In this document: one piece after another, positions 20,326 to 29,199 of the stretch
Layout of the letters: every line of letters begins with the position of its first letter
Position numbering within the stretch: position 1 is the stretch's first letter
Assembly: GCA_963715865.1 (NCBI GenBank)
Contig: OY970280.1
Coordinates: forward strand, 640,001 to 704,000
Length of the DNA: 64,000 nt
Direction: 5' to 3'
Source: Candidatus Bathyarchaeota archaeon
GTDB taxonomy: Archaea; Thermoproteota; Bathyarchaeia; Bathyarchaeales; Bathycorpusculaceae
Translations under genes and position numbers: made by a program
Notes under the pieces: model-generated
The model's input: only the letters and a program-made list of their open reading frames with translations
What the model was told of the DNA's origin: nothing
The model's database searches: none

Positions 20326-20448
20326 AAGGTATAACTTCAAAATCTTGGTTAAGAAGATGATTAACTTAGTGTGTGAAGATAATATTCGATAGACAAAGGT
20401 TTCTGTTCGATTATCAACAATTTTGACTTTAGGTTGGAGGTCTAAGAA

Positions 20449-21546
20449 ATAAGGGTCTCAATAGTCTCGGGTACTGAAGTCTTTACAACCGGCGCTGGAA
20501 CAAGCTATACTGTGCTAAAAATAGCCAGATACTTAAAGACCAAGGGTCTAAACACATCCGTGTTGTCAATTTCGGAAAAAGAAACGGGGTATTCCATTGA
20601 TGGTATTGAATTTGTATTTTTCAGAAAAGGCAGGTTGCCAAACTTCTCATGCTCTCTTCTACGATACCTATTGACAAGTAACTCTGATAGATTTGTTTTT
20701 GTTGGGTCTACCTCTGTTGCTATGTTGCTACCATGGCTTAGGTTCAAGAAAATGATATTGATTCCTCAATGGCATCACTCTTATTTATTCAAGAACAAAT
20801 TTTCGTCGTTGTTATACCACATTTATCGGTTCCTTTTTGACTATTCTTTAACGTGTATTGCGCAGCCCGATGTTGTATGTTACACTGAGACGGAGTATTC
20901 TCACATTAGGAAGTTTGCCAAAAACGTAACAAGGGTGCCCCTTGGATTAGACTTTGATCGGTCTCTGTGGAAAGTCTACGACAAATTAGGGCCAGCCCAA
21001 AAGACCAATTGCCCCAATCTCCTTTTTGTAGGTCGTGTAGTAGATCACAAGTTTCCAATCTTCGTACTTGAAGTCATAAGACGTTGCATGAAGAAATTTG
21101 AAAATAGTTTTGTTTTCAATGTTGTAGGTCCGATTGATCAAGCTTATTTTTCGGAGCTTAGAAAAAGACTTGAAAACACATCTTTTGGCGATCGCATCAT
21201 TTTCACAGGTCAAATCAGTGAGGCAGAATTGGCGAGATACTATAGGGACGCCGATGTTTTCGTTTTTCCATCTTTTTCAGAATCTTTTGGTTATAGCATC
21301 GTTGAAGCATTGTATGCTGGATTACCCGTTGTTGCGACTAGGACTGGGATCGTACCATACTTGGAGAAACAAGGGCTAGTGTCGGGAGTCACTTATGGTG
21401 ATGCAGAAGATATGGCGAACAAAATACTTGATTCGGTTAGAAACTCGGACGTAATAAAAAGAAAACTTGTTGAGCGAAGAATGTTTTTGACGAAAGAATT
21501 TGACATGAACAACTTTCTCGAGTCCCTCTTCAATATCGTGAGTTAA
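20449..21546 (+). CDS. Glycosyltransferase family 4
   Basis: FVGRVVDHK and FPSFSESFGYSIVEALYAGLPVVAT. Probable ATA start at 20449 after a GGAGGT SD gives the N-terminus MRVSIVS. Confidence 0.9.
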   Translation: MRVSIVSGTEVFTTGAGTSYTVLKIARYLKTKGLNTSVLSISEKETGYSIDGIEFVFFRKGRLPNFSCSLLRYLLTSNSDRFVFVGSTSVAMLLPWLRFKKMILIPQWHHSYLFKNKFSSLLYHIYRFLFDYSLTCIAQPDVVCYTETEYSHIRKFAKNVTRVPLGLDFDRSLWKVYDKLGPAQKTNCPNLLFVGRVVDHKFPIFVLEVIRRCMKKFENSFVFNVVGPIDQAYFSELRKRLENTSFGDRIIFTGQISEAELARYYRDADVFVFPSFSESFGYSIVEALYAGLPVVATRTGIVPYLEKQGLVSGVTYGDAEDMANKILDSVRNSDVIKRKLVERRMFLTKEFDMNNFLESLFNIVS

Positions 21547-21571
21547 AATAAATTTTCTGAGAGTTTTAGAT

Positions 21572-23278
21572 TTGTTCGAAAAACGGAGTATCGCCAATAT
21601 TGCAGTCTTAGGGGCAATTTGCTTCCTTTTGGCAATTTACCCTTTCTTCTTTAGGATGGACTTCGCTGCGGCAACAACGTTCGATGCAACCGATTTTCTG
21701 CACTTGATTTCCCCTGCTGCGATTGCTTATTTGTTGATTCTGTGTGCCCTTTTAGGTCTTTACATTTGGACACTATCCAATAAGAATACAACATTTCTGC
21801 TCTCCTTGGTCATTGTTCTAGTTTTTTTCGCGCTTTTCACAGTTTCGCAGTATCCAGCTCTCTCTGACGCTGACTACTTCCTTCATGGCAGACTTGCGGT
21901 AGAAATAATCAATACTGGGCACTTCCCATCAGCCTCGATACCAGGAAATTACTATATTGAGTGGCCAGGCGCCTTCACTATGCGTGCTGTATTCAGTTTG
22001 GTTTTGGGTTTACCTGAGATAGAATCAGTTCGTGTGTTATCATTTGTGTTTCAAATTCTAATTGCGCTATTCTTTTACGTGTTTGCCAAACAAAAACTTG
22101 GAAGGTTTCTTGCTGGTCTAGTTCCAGCAGTGTTCTTGTTATCCAATCTAGTTTATACGTTATCTCAAACAGACTTTTTTTGTCCTCAACTATTTTCACT
22201 TTCGCTCTTCTTGTTGATTCTTTATTGCTGCACTAAGACTGTATCTCGAGATATTGCCACTAAGATGCGAGTTGTAATAATCCTGCTTAGCTTTACAATA
22301 TTCATTTCGCATCCGACTACTTCTTTGTTCTTACTTTCGGCGATAGCTGGAATATGGCTATTGAATACATACATGTCGCGTCATGGAAAAAAAACGTTCT
22401 CACTGATAAATTTTCGCTTAGTATTTTTGCTATTTATTCTATTTTTGGCTTGGTCGATTTTCTCAGCCTGGGGAGAATTTAGCATAGGGATTTCACAAAT
22501 TGTCATACTTGTAAATCCGAGGGCAGTTGCGGAAGTGCAACCCCTCCAGTATGAGGGTATATTACTTAATAGTCTTAGTTATTACTGGAAAATACTTGAT
22601 CTGATAATTGTAATAGCCGCTTTCTATTTGGTTAGTCGCTTTTTCCGGGGAAGGGTGAAAGAAAGAGAAAATCTCGTAGCTCTTTCCGGAATTTTTTTAG
22701 GGATTGCCTTGGGCGGTTTTCTTTTTTCTTTTACAGGATTCTTTACTCTTACTCGAACGATAATGTTCATTTTGATTCCAGCAAGTTTTCTGGCCGTACT
22801 TTTTGCGAAAAGATATGTAGGACAAAAAGTCTTGGCGTTTATTCTGATCCTTCTCCTTATTCCATCCTTTTTGTCAATCTACAGTTTCGTAAGTGTAAAT
22901 CAATCCTTCCAACATACTTGGGAAATCAGTGCCTGCCAGTGGCTCGCCAGAGAGAACATAAATAGAAAGTTAGTATCAAGCGATTATTACACAATGATGA
23001 TCTACAGTTACTACGATCCTAATTCTTGGCCCGGCGGTATCGTTCCTAACGATCAAATAACTAATTATACTATTCCTGTAGCCTCCAATCCTTTTTTCAC
23101 AGGAGATTTTATGATCAGGTCTATCCGTCAGGACTTGTTCAAAACAAACATATTTCAGGAAGGAAACAATCAAGGTCTTGAGTACTGGACCCAGATAGAT
23201 TCATATGCGAATAACTGTTCAACATTAGATAAGATATTCGATAACAATTACGTGAAGGTTTATGCCAGAAATGGGTAG
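21572..23278 (+). CDS. Polytopic membrane protein, GT-C-like (glycan transfer or polymerisation candidate)
   Basis: More than 10 TM segments, an acidic DADYFLHG loop, YYIEWPG, ISHPTT and a soluble C-terminal tail. Confidence 0.6.
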   Translation: MFEKRSIANIAVLGAICFLLAIYPFFFRMDFAAATTFDATDFLHLISPAAIAYLLILCALLGLYIWTLSNKNTTFLLSLVIVLVFFALFTVSQYPALSDADYFLHGRLAVEIINTGHFPSASIPGNYYIEWPGAFTMRAVFSLVLGLPEIESVRVLSFVFQILIALFFYVFAKQKLGRFLAGLVPAVFLLSNLVYTLSQTDFFCPQLFSLSLFLLILYCCTKTVSRDIATKMRVVIILLSFTIFISHPTTSLFLLSAIAGIWLLNTYMSRHGKKTFSLINFRLVFLLFILFLAWSIFSAWGEFSIGISQIVILVNPRAVAEVQPLQYEGILLNSLSYYWKILDLIIVIAAFYLVSRFFRGRVKERENLVALSGIFLGIALGGFLFSFTGFFTLTRTIMFILIPASFLAVLFAKRYVGQKVLAFILILLLIPSFLSIYSFVSVNQSFQHTWEISACQWLARENINRKLVSSDYYTMMIYSYYDPNSWPGGIVPNDQITNYTIPVASNPFFTGDFMIRSIRQDLFKTNIFQEGNNQGLEYWTQIDSYANNCSTLDKIFDNNYVKVYARNG

Positions 23279-23305
23279 TGCGCTTTTGAAAGTGTCAATT
23301 GAGTC

Positions 23306-24142
23306 TCAATTGTTGGCTTGCTCAAAGGTGTTAGCGGCAATAAATCTGTCAAATACTACCCAGTTTCCAGGTGGATTTCCAGCATCTTGGTATAGACCAA
23401 ACTCAGGCCATGCAGCGGGGGGCTCCCCCATAGCGGTTGTGTCATAGTGAATATCTGCTTTCAAAACCCCGTTCTGCCAGAGCATGACTGTCCCATTCAC
23501 TGATATGTTGATATAAATAACGTAATCAATCCATTGTCCTAGAGGGATGGGGTTTGGGTCCATCCATAACGCATCTGTAGGGGCTATCTCTGATTTCACA
23601 ATATACAAGTGGTCTTTTCCATCGGTTGAATTGCAGATCTGCAATTGGGCAATGTGAGGCCAATTCGCCACTTTAGATACGTACTGGTCCTCTTCAAATA
23701 TCTGCAACCAATTTGGTGCATCTAAGGTTGGTGAAAGAAAAACACTGAACCCATAATAGCATTCGTTTAAGTGCAAATTACCTAATTCAGACAAAACTAC
23801 TTTCGCCCTGTTGCTTGTGCCTGGGATGGCGCTTGGGTCTGTTTGAATGCACCGCATGGAGTAGTTGCCTTCGCGTACTATGTCGGTCACTATGGTGCAA
23901 TTAGAGATTGGTGGATCGTCAGCAATACCGCCGAGTTCTCCAACTTGACTAAAGTCCCCTGTCTCAAAATTTACGTCTGCGTAAATCAGTGGTGTGGGTG
24001 TTATTGGGTTGCTTATCATGCCACTGCTGCTTATGTTGACACTATAAGTAAGAATTGCGCTTCCATGGTTCATACTCATGAGCACAATCGAAACCAAAAC
24101 TGCTATGGCGAATGGTTTTTTGCTCAAGACTTTTTCCACCAC
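23306..24142 (-). CDS. Secreted polysaccharide-lyase-like (ConA/beta-jelly-roll) protein
   Basis: Signal peptide, then NFETGDFSQ...VREGNYSMR...YYGFSVFL...GQWIDYVI...VMLWQNG...FGLY...VFD. Confidence 0.65.
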   Translation of the reverse strand: MVEKVLSKKPFAIAVLVSIVLMSMNHGSAILTYSVNISSSGMISNPITPTPLIYADVNFETGDFSQVGELGGIADDPPISNCTIVTDIVREGNYSMRCIQTDPSAIPGTSNRAKVVLSELGNLHLNECYYGFSVFLSPTLDAPNWLQIFEEDQYVSKVANWPHIAQLQICNSTDGKDHLYIVKSEIAPTDALWMDPNPIPLGQWIDYVIYINISVNGTVMLWQNGVLKADIHYDTTAMGEPPAAWPEFGLYQDAGNPPGNWVVFDRFIAANTFEQANN

Positions 24143-24270
24143 TCCGTATTCTGCTTTCTTTTGTATGGCAAATTGACGGGACTATTGTATAGTAATACTC
24201 AATACTCGTTTATTAAAGTATTGTTCAATTTTCATCATCTTTAATTATTTAGAGAGTCAAGGAACTGAAC

Positions 24271-25050
24271 GTGATTACAATGCCCCCAAAGAAACCAATC
24301 AAAAATTTGTTTGGTAGAATGAAAGTCTTCTCCAACTGGTATAGTGTGGAGCTGATGCATTCTGGATTGCGAGAGCCAGCCACTTGCAGAGTGAACACTT
24401 GGAAGGGATTGAAAATTCACGTTAGAGACCAACACGAACTCTCTGTTCTGGACGAGGTTTTCATATCAAAAGTTTATGACCCAAACCGAAAAGTCCCTTC
24501 AAATGGTGTTATCGTAGATGTCGGAGCGCATATAGGTTCGTTTTCTCTTTATGCCGCTTCTGTTCGCAAAGCAAGAAGAGTATTCAGTTACGAACCTTGC
24601 CCAGATAACTTCACTCTCTTAAAGGAGAATATAGAGCGCAATGGTTTAGGCAAGGTCATAACCCCTATCGCCAAGGCCGTAGCTGCAACAAATGAAAATC
24701 GTACTCTTCATCTTTCTTCGAAAACCAGTGGGAGCCACTCCTTATTCGGTAAGGGCAGACCGATTCAAGTTCAATGTGTGACTCTGAAACAGATTTTGGA
24801 TGACAACAACATTGATCATGTTGATTTTCTCAAACTAGACTGCGAGGGAGCTGAGGTCGGAATTTTGCAAAATATTGATAAATTAACTTTGGATAGTGTC
24901 GATAGAATAGGTATGGAGTTTCATGATTACCCGAGGCAATGGTTTGTCTCACGACTGCTGGATTTAGGGTTTTCAGTGGTTGAGTCAAAGGAAGCATGGA
25001 GAAATGAACTCTATATTATTGCGGACAAGTCTGATGTATCTCGCAGATAA
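24271..25050 (+). CDS. FkbM-family methyltransferase
   Basis: VDVGAHIGSFS, YEPCPDNF and LKLDCEGAE motifs. Confidence 0.93.
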   Translation: MITMPPKKPIKNLFGRMKVFSNWYSVELMHSGLREPATCRVNTWKGLKIHVRDQHELSVLDEVFISKVYDPNRKVPSNGVIVDVGAHIGSFSLYAASVRKARRVFSYEPCPDNFTLLKENIERNGLGKVITPIAKAVAATNENRTLHLSSKTSGSHSLFGKGRPIQVQCVTLKQILDDNNIDHVDFLKLDCEGAEVGILQNIDKLTLDSVDRIGMEFHDYPRQWFVSRLLDLGFSVVESKEAWRNELYIIADKSDVSRR

Positions 25051-25144
25051 GATTTTTGCCACATTATGACAGAGCACTTCTTTCATTTCACCACGTCATA
25101 TTAAATCGGAATCCGATAGCGCGCCAGTCCGTTGTTAATCGAAT

Positions 25145-25348
25145 GTGAAGAAGAGAGATAATATTGAACCGGATGATAACATGCGTATGTTCGTCGGGTT
25201 AGATGTTCATAAAAAGTATACTGAATATTCCATTGTCGGAGATGGAGTCGTAACAGAACAAGAAAGAATAGAGAATGAGTACGCGCGTGCTAAACATCAA
25301 CCTTTTTCTCGTGTTTGTAGGAAAACTCCTATCTCACAAAACAAATAG
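25145..25348 (+). pseudogene. IS110-family transposase N-terminal fragment
   Basis: MFVGLDVHKK...RIENE (first DEDD Asp motif). Homology is lost at about 25285. Confidence 0.75.
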
Positions 25349-25498
25349 ATACTCAAATTCAAACAATGGTGCATATCCACAATGCAAAAATCGCGCAAAA
25401 TAAGCCTGACCCAGACCAGGACAGCATTGTACTCAATGCTGACCCAGTCGTCATCAAAATAATTAACATAATCACCGGCTCCTAAACAAATTAAATGG

Positions 25499-26155
25499 AT
25501 GACCATTAAAGTGACAAGAAACCTGAGTCAAGCCGCAAAAAACCAGGTCAAAGACCTCATCATCCAAACGGCAAAGCAGGAAAAACCCGAAACCGCAAAA
25601 CAACTAATCGCCCTAATGCAAGAACACCACGACATACCGCCCGAACAATCAACCGACCTGATTGGTGAACTGGAAAACGAAGATCGCCTACACTTCACAA
25701 GGCAGGGACCGTCAACACCCGCATCCGCACCCGCATCTGCAAAAGAATATGTTTTCTCAAAACAAGCCACATGGTACTGGACAACAATAGCCCTCGCCAT
25801 AGCCACAGCAATAGCCGTGTTCACCATTCCCGAAAACGCCGTCCCATTAGTTTACCTGCGCTCTGCGCTCGGCATCATTTTCGTCCTGTTCTTGCCCGGC
25901 TTCGCATTCATAAAAGCCATGTTTCCTACTAAAGTGCCACTCAAAACATCTTCAGAAAACACGGACACAACAGAACGGATGGCACTGAGCCTCGGAATGA
26001 GTCTGGTCCTTACTCCTATAGTGGGATTGATATTGAATTACACGCCCTGGGGCATTAGATTAACACCCATAGTCCTCAGCCTTCTCGCACTAACAGTCGT
26101 CTTCGCAACAGCGGCAATAATCCGAGAATACCAAACAAAACAGAATCCAACCTAA
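25499..26155 (+). CDS. DUF1616-like membrane protein
   Basis: LRSALGIIFVLFLPG...ERMALSLGMS...GLILNYTPWGI. Confidence 0.85.
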   Translation: MTIKVTRNLSQAAKNQVKDLIIQTAKQEKPETAKQLIALMQEHHDIPPEQSTDLIGELENEDRLHFTRQGPSTPASAPASAKEYVFSKQATWYWTTIALAIATAIAVFTIPENAVPLVYLRSALGIIFVLFLPGFAFIKAMFPTKVPLKTSSENTDTTERMALSLGMSLVLTPIVGLILNYTPWGIRLTPIVLSLLALTVVFATAAIIREYQTKQNPT

Positions 26156-26247
26156 CCAACACGCTTGACCAAGGCTCAAAGAAAAGAAACAACGACGAAA
26201 CATGTTAAATCTCGATGAATTAATTCCTGAAGGTGGTGAGAAACAGA

Positions 26248-26544
26248 ATGAGTAAAGACCAAACAATAGGCGCGCTAATCCTTGTGGTCTGCATCGTCGT
26301 CGCTGTCGGCTACGTCGTCGGACTTTTCCTCTACGGACCCCTCGTTAAACCCTGGCTTAATATCGGCGCCGCAAGCAACGTTCAATTTTGGCTGATCGCC
26401 ATACCCGTTTTCATAGGCTTCGTCGCCATACTCGCCATCGGCGCCTGGATCGGCTACACCATGGCCTCAACGCCGCCACCAAAACCCATAGAAGAAATCA
26501 CAATCGAAACCAAACAAGAAACAGAACAAAAATCCGAAAAATAA
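26248..26544 (+). CDS. Conserved small two-TM archaeal protein
   Basis: MSKDQTIG...WIGYTMASTPPPKPIEE. Confidence 0.8.
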   Translation: MSKDQTIGALILVVCIVVAVGYVVGLFLYGPLVKPWLNIGAASNVQFWLIAIPVFIGFVAILAIGAWIGYTMASTPPPKPIEEITIETKQETEQKSEK

Positions 26545-26799
26545 CATTCTTGTGAATGCTACGGCTGCAATGAAAGTATCGACAGCCATTCTGCCAGAAA
26601 CTTGTACTGGCAGCTGCTCGATACCTACACGAGAGCATAAAAATTTATTAGCTCAGCCCGTGCGTTTTTCTCTCCTACAAAAGCTGCCGGACATAGACAG
26701 AGAGAAACTTGAAAATGAGAAAAGAGAAGGAACTTCGTGATACATTGCTCACGTGTAATATTATCGTAGTGTAGTCTTATCGTGATAATGAGGCAATGG

Positions 26800-26973
26800 A
26801 TTAAATTTTAGTCCCCCTCCTCCTCCTCACTACGACGACGGTGACCTGCCTGAGTAACAGTGGCTTGAGAAGACGGCAGGGCATCAGTATATCCTTTTCA
26901 GGATAGGGATATACAGATTAGAGAATCAAAGGTAAAAATTACGCGTATATCCCTAAGGGTAAAAGGATATACT
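26800..26973. repeat. Hairpin unit U1 (~175 bp)
   Basis: ATTAAATTTTAGTCC at offset 0, TGACCT at +42, then a 29-bp imperfect inverted repeat (26886-26914 / 26945-26973). Confidence 0.8.
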
Positions 26974-27202
26974 CGCAATTTGACTCCCGAAAAATCGAAC
27001 GTGTGCGCGCTAATCTATTTTTTGATTCATATTTTTGATTCATAAGGCTTATTTTCTTTGAACCTCAAAAACTTAACGAAGACACGTAGAAACTGGAACG
27101 CGAAGGCATGTTTTACAAGCTCCCACCGAGAGAGAACTAAATGAAAAACCAAAAGAAACGCCAAAAGGAACGGCGAAAGCAAATTTTAGAAAGTTATTAA
27201 AA

Positions 27203-27325
27203 ATGAAAGCTAATGATAAATGTCCTTCTTGCAGTTCAACTGAGACCGAAACCGTCTATGAAGGCGAATTGGTATTAAGTGTTTGCAAAGTTTGCCGAGT
27301 AATGCGGTCAAAAAGCTGGTTTTGA
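27203..27325 (+). CDS. 40-aa zinc-ribbon microprotein (below the ORF-track cutoff)
   Basis: MKANDKCPSCSSTETETVYEGELVLSVCKVCRVMRSKSWF contains two CxxC pairs. Confidence 0.55.
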   Translation: MKANDKCPSCSSTETETVYEGELVLSVCKVCRVMRSKSWF

Positions 27326-27357
27326 AAAATACCCCTACCCTAAAACAATGCGTGTGA

Positions 27358-27534
27358 ATTAAAATTTAGTCCAACCAACCAACGGAAAACTACTCAGAAT
27401 GACCTTCTGAAAGGACTTCGCAGGACAGTATACTCGATTCAGGCCATATAGTCTATGAATGTACTCAGAAGAGACAGGGTAGTAATAGAAATCAAGTCAT
27501 TATAGGATATGGTATAGTCGGAATCGAGTATACT
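27358..27534. repeat. Hairpin unit U2 (~177 bp), homologue of U1
   Basis: ATTAAAATTTAGTCC at offset 0, TGACCT at +42, and a perfect 14-bp inverted repeat AGTATACTCGATTC (27427-27440) / GAATCGAGTATACT (27521-27534) with imperfect inward extension. Confidence 0.8.
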
Positions 27535-27591
27535 CTATTTAAACAAGAAAGCCCCACTTCCCCTTCTCTCAGCCAAGAGTCGGAGTTTCTC

Positions 27592-27798
27592 CTACTCCAA
27601 AGGCTCGACCTTGCGCTTGTGATAAAGCTTGCATTCTTTCACAACGGCGTTTCTGTATTGCGACGTATATGCTATGCCCATACTGGTCATCGAAATCAAC
27701 GGCAAAGCCGAATCATAACGCCTTTCTCTGTACTCGGGGCAGCCTTCGCACTGATCTGGAAAGTCTCTGAAGCAGGATTCATGCCTTTGCATTCCCAC
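27592..27798 (-). CDS. Small Cys-containing hypothetical protein
   Basis: 68 aa with an ATG start preceded by GGGGAGT. Contains C...CEGC...C. Confidence 0.5.
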   Translation of the reverse strand: MGMQRHESCFRDFPDQCEGCPEYRERRYDSALPLISMTSMGIAYTSQYRNAVVKECKLYHKRKVEPLE

Positions 27799-28069
27799 TC
27801 CCCTAATAAACTATTTGACGACCCAAATATTTAAGCCAATCTAAATCCCGCCATACAGTATTGCTCTATCAAGGCATCGGTGCCGTTTTTGTATAACAAC
27901 TAACTAAGAAATTTTCCACCCTTTCAAGGCAAAGAGCGAAATCCAAAATGAAAGTCCGCGAAGAATTGGGTGCCCGCTTTAACATCATAAAAGCATACTC
28001 AAAGTCAAAACTTTGCAATTATGTCGCTCCATCTCCACCAAATTGGGCTTGCAGACAAAACTAGTCTTA

Positions 28070-28171
28070 CGTTAATTCAGGTTCTGTTAAGTTGGTGTGG
28101 GATTTTTCTCGGTGTTAAGTTTCGTGGGATACGGATTTTTGCGAGAATGCCACTGTTAACTTTCGTGGGAT
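28070..28171 (+). repeat. Left 102-bp end with three TGTTAAGTTTCGTGGGAT-like repeats
   Basis: Copies at 28085-28103, 28113-28130 and 28154-28171. Inverted homologue of 32928-33029. Confidence 0.9.
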
Positions 28172-28281
28172 AACTAAGTTTAGTAGCCAAAAGCGTAAAT
28201 TCACAATATATGATTCTATGCAAAGTTTTATGAAGGAAAAGAGAAGATTAATTTCTTGGTGTAGTAAATTGATAAGTTGTC

Positions 28282-28614
28282 CTAATTTTCTTCCCCGCCT
28301 TTTTCTGATTCCTTAGTCTCTTTGCCCTCAGAATCTGCAGTGGCATTTTGTTCACCTTCGGCACTTTCGCCCGCACCCGCATTTTCGTCTTTTCTCTTTT
28401 CCTCGTCTTCGTCCTCTTTCTCTTCGTCCTCATCTTTCTCTTTGCCCGATTCTTCGTCCTCTTTGTCATCTGATTTCTTGGGTTGCTGCTGGGGCTGTTT
28501 TTGCTGTTTTTGCTGTGAAGGCTGTGGTTGTGCTGTTTCATCACTGCCTTTCGGCTTTATTTCAGTCACTTTTGGGGGCTCTTCTTTCGATTCGTTTGGT
28601 GGGTACGAAAGCAT
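28282..28614 (-). CDS. Acidic/Gln-rich low-complexity (likely disordered) protein
   Basis: QPQPSQQKQQKQPQQQ followed by DDKEDEESGKEKDEDEEKEDEDEE. Confidence 0.55.
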   Translation of the reverse strand: MLSYPPNESKEEPPKVTEIKPKGSDETAQPQPSQQKQQKQPQQQPKKSDDKEDEESGKEKDEDEEKEDEDEEKRKDENAGAGESAEGEQNATADSEGKETKESEKGGEEN

Positions 28615-28735
28615 GTACCGCTGGGATGCGCTTAATTATTTAAGCGAATCCGAGTAGTTGATTTAGGAAAGTTTTAAATTAGTTGGGTGCCAATCTTACT
28701 GTGTAAGATATTTAAGTCTTACTGGATGGGAAAAC

Positions 28736-29197
28736 ATGACCTTAAGCTTGGGATACTTGACTGCTAAACAAAAAATGATCTGGGACCTAAAAAGCAGAGG
28801 ACAACAAGAAGCCAGCATCGCAAGAAAACTCAACGTCACCCGCCAAACAATTCACAGTGTCCTCGACACCGCCAACCTCAAAATCGGCGAAGCCCTACAA
28901 GAAGTAGCAGAAATCAACAAAATCGAAGTCGAAACCCTCGACCCAAACAGAGGATTCCTCAAAGGATACAGCAACCACTTCAAAACCCAAGCCTTCGTCA
29001 CCTTCTCAGCCAAAAACGGCATCCAACTCTGGTACAAACACGAAGGCGACTGCGAAAAATGCCAAAAACTCCAAACCTGCCGAGAAACCCTGCTCTCCGA
29101 GGCAAAAGACCGCAACTTCCTACTGTTAGATGATACGAGCAAGATTTTGCCATCCAAATTAGCAGAAGCCCTATTCACAAAAATCACCGGTGAATAA
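28736..29197 (+). CDS. HTH transcriptional regulator with C-terminal Cys cluster
   Basis: LTAKQKMIWDL...EASIARKLNVTRQTIH (HTH), then HEGDCEKCQKLQTC. Confidence 0.8.
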   Translation: MTLSLGYLTAKQKMIWDLKSRGQQEASIARKLNVTRQTIHSVLDTANLKIGEALQEVAEINKIEVETLDPNRGFLKGYSNHFKTQAFVTFSAKNGIQLWYKHEGDCEKCQKLQTCRETLLSEAKDRNFLLLDDTSKILPSKLAEALFTKITGE

Positions 29198-29199
29198 AA

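Noticed and set aside
26887-26972. Chromosomal dif sites
   Set aside because: The 11-6-11 geometry fits, but the arms read TATATCC...GGATATA, opposite in polarity to recalled archaeal dif arms, and two copies lie 30 bp apart.
27070-27140. In-frame TAG/TGA codons in small ORFs (also 44534-44536) as pyrrolysine or selenocysteine recoding
   Set aside because: No pyl or sel genes or SECIS evidence in the window, and the surrounding DNA is visibly decayed, so pseudogenisation is the simpler explanation.
26800-27534. Canonical integron attC sites
   Set aside because: The RYYYAAC/GTTRRRY core is absent and there is no IntI-like gene. Kept only as an analogy in the findings.
28085-28171. Repeat triplets (also 32928-33014) as mini-CRISPR arrays
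   Set aside because: Repeats are 18-19 bp with 9- and 23-bp spacers, too short and too uneven for CRISPR, and there are no cas genes in the window.
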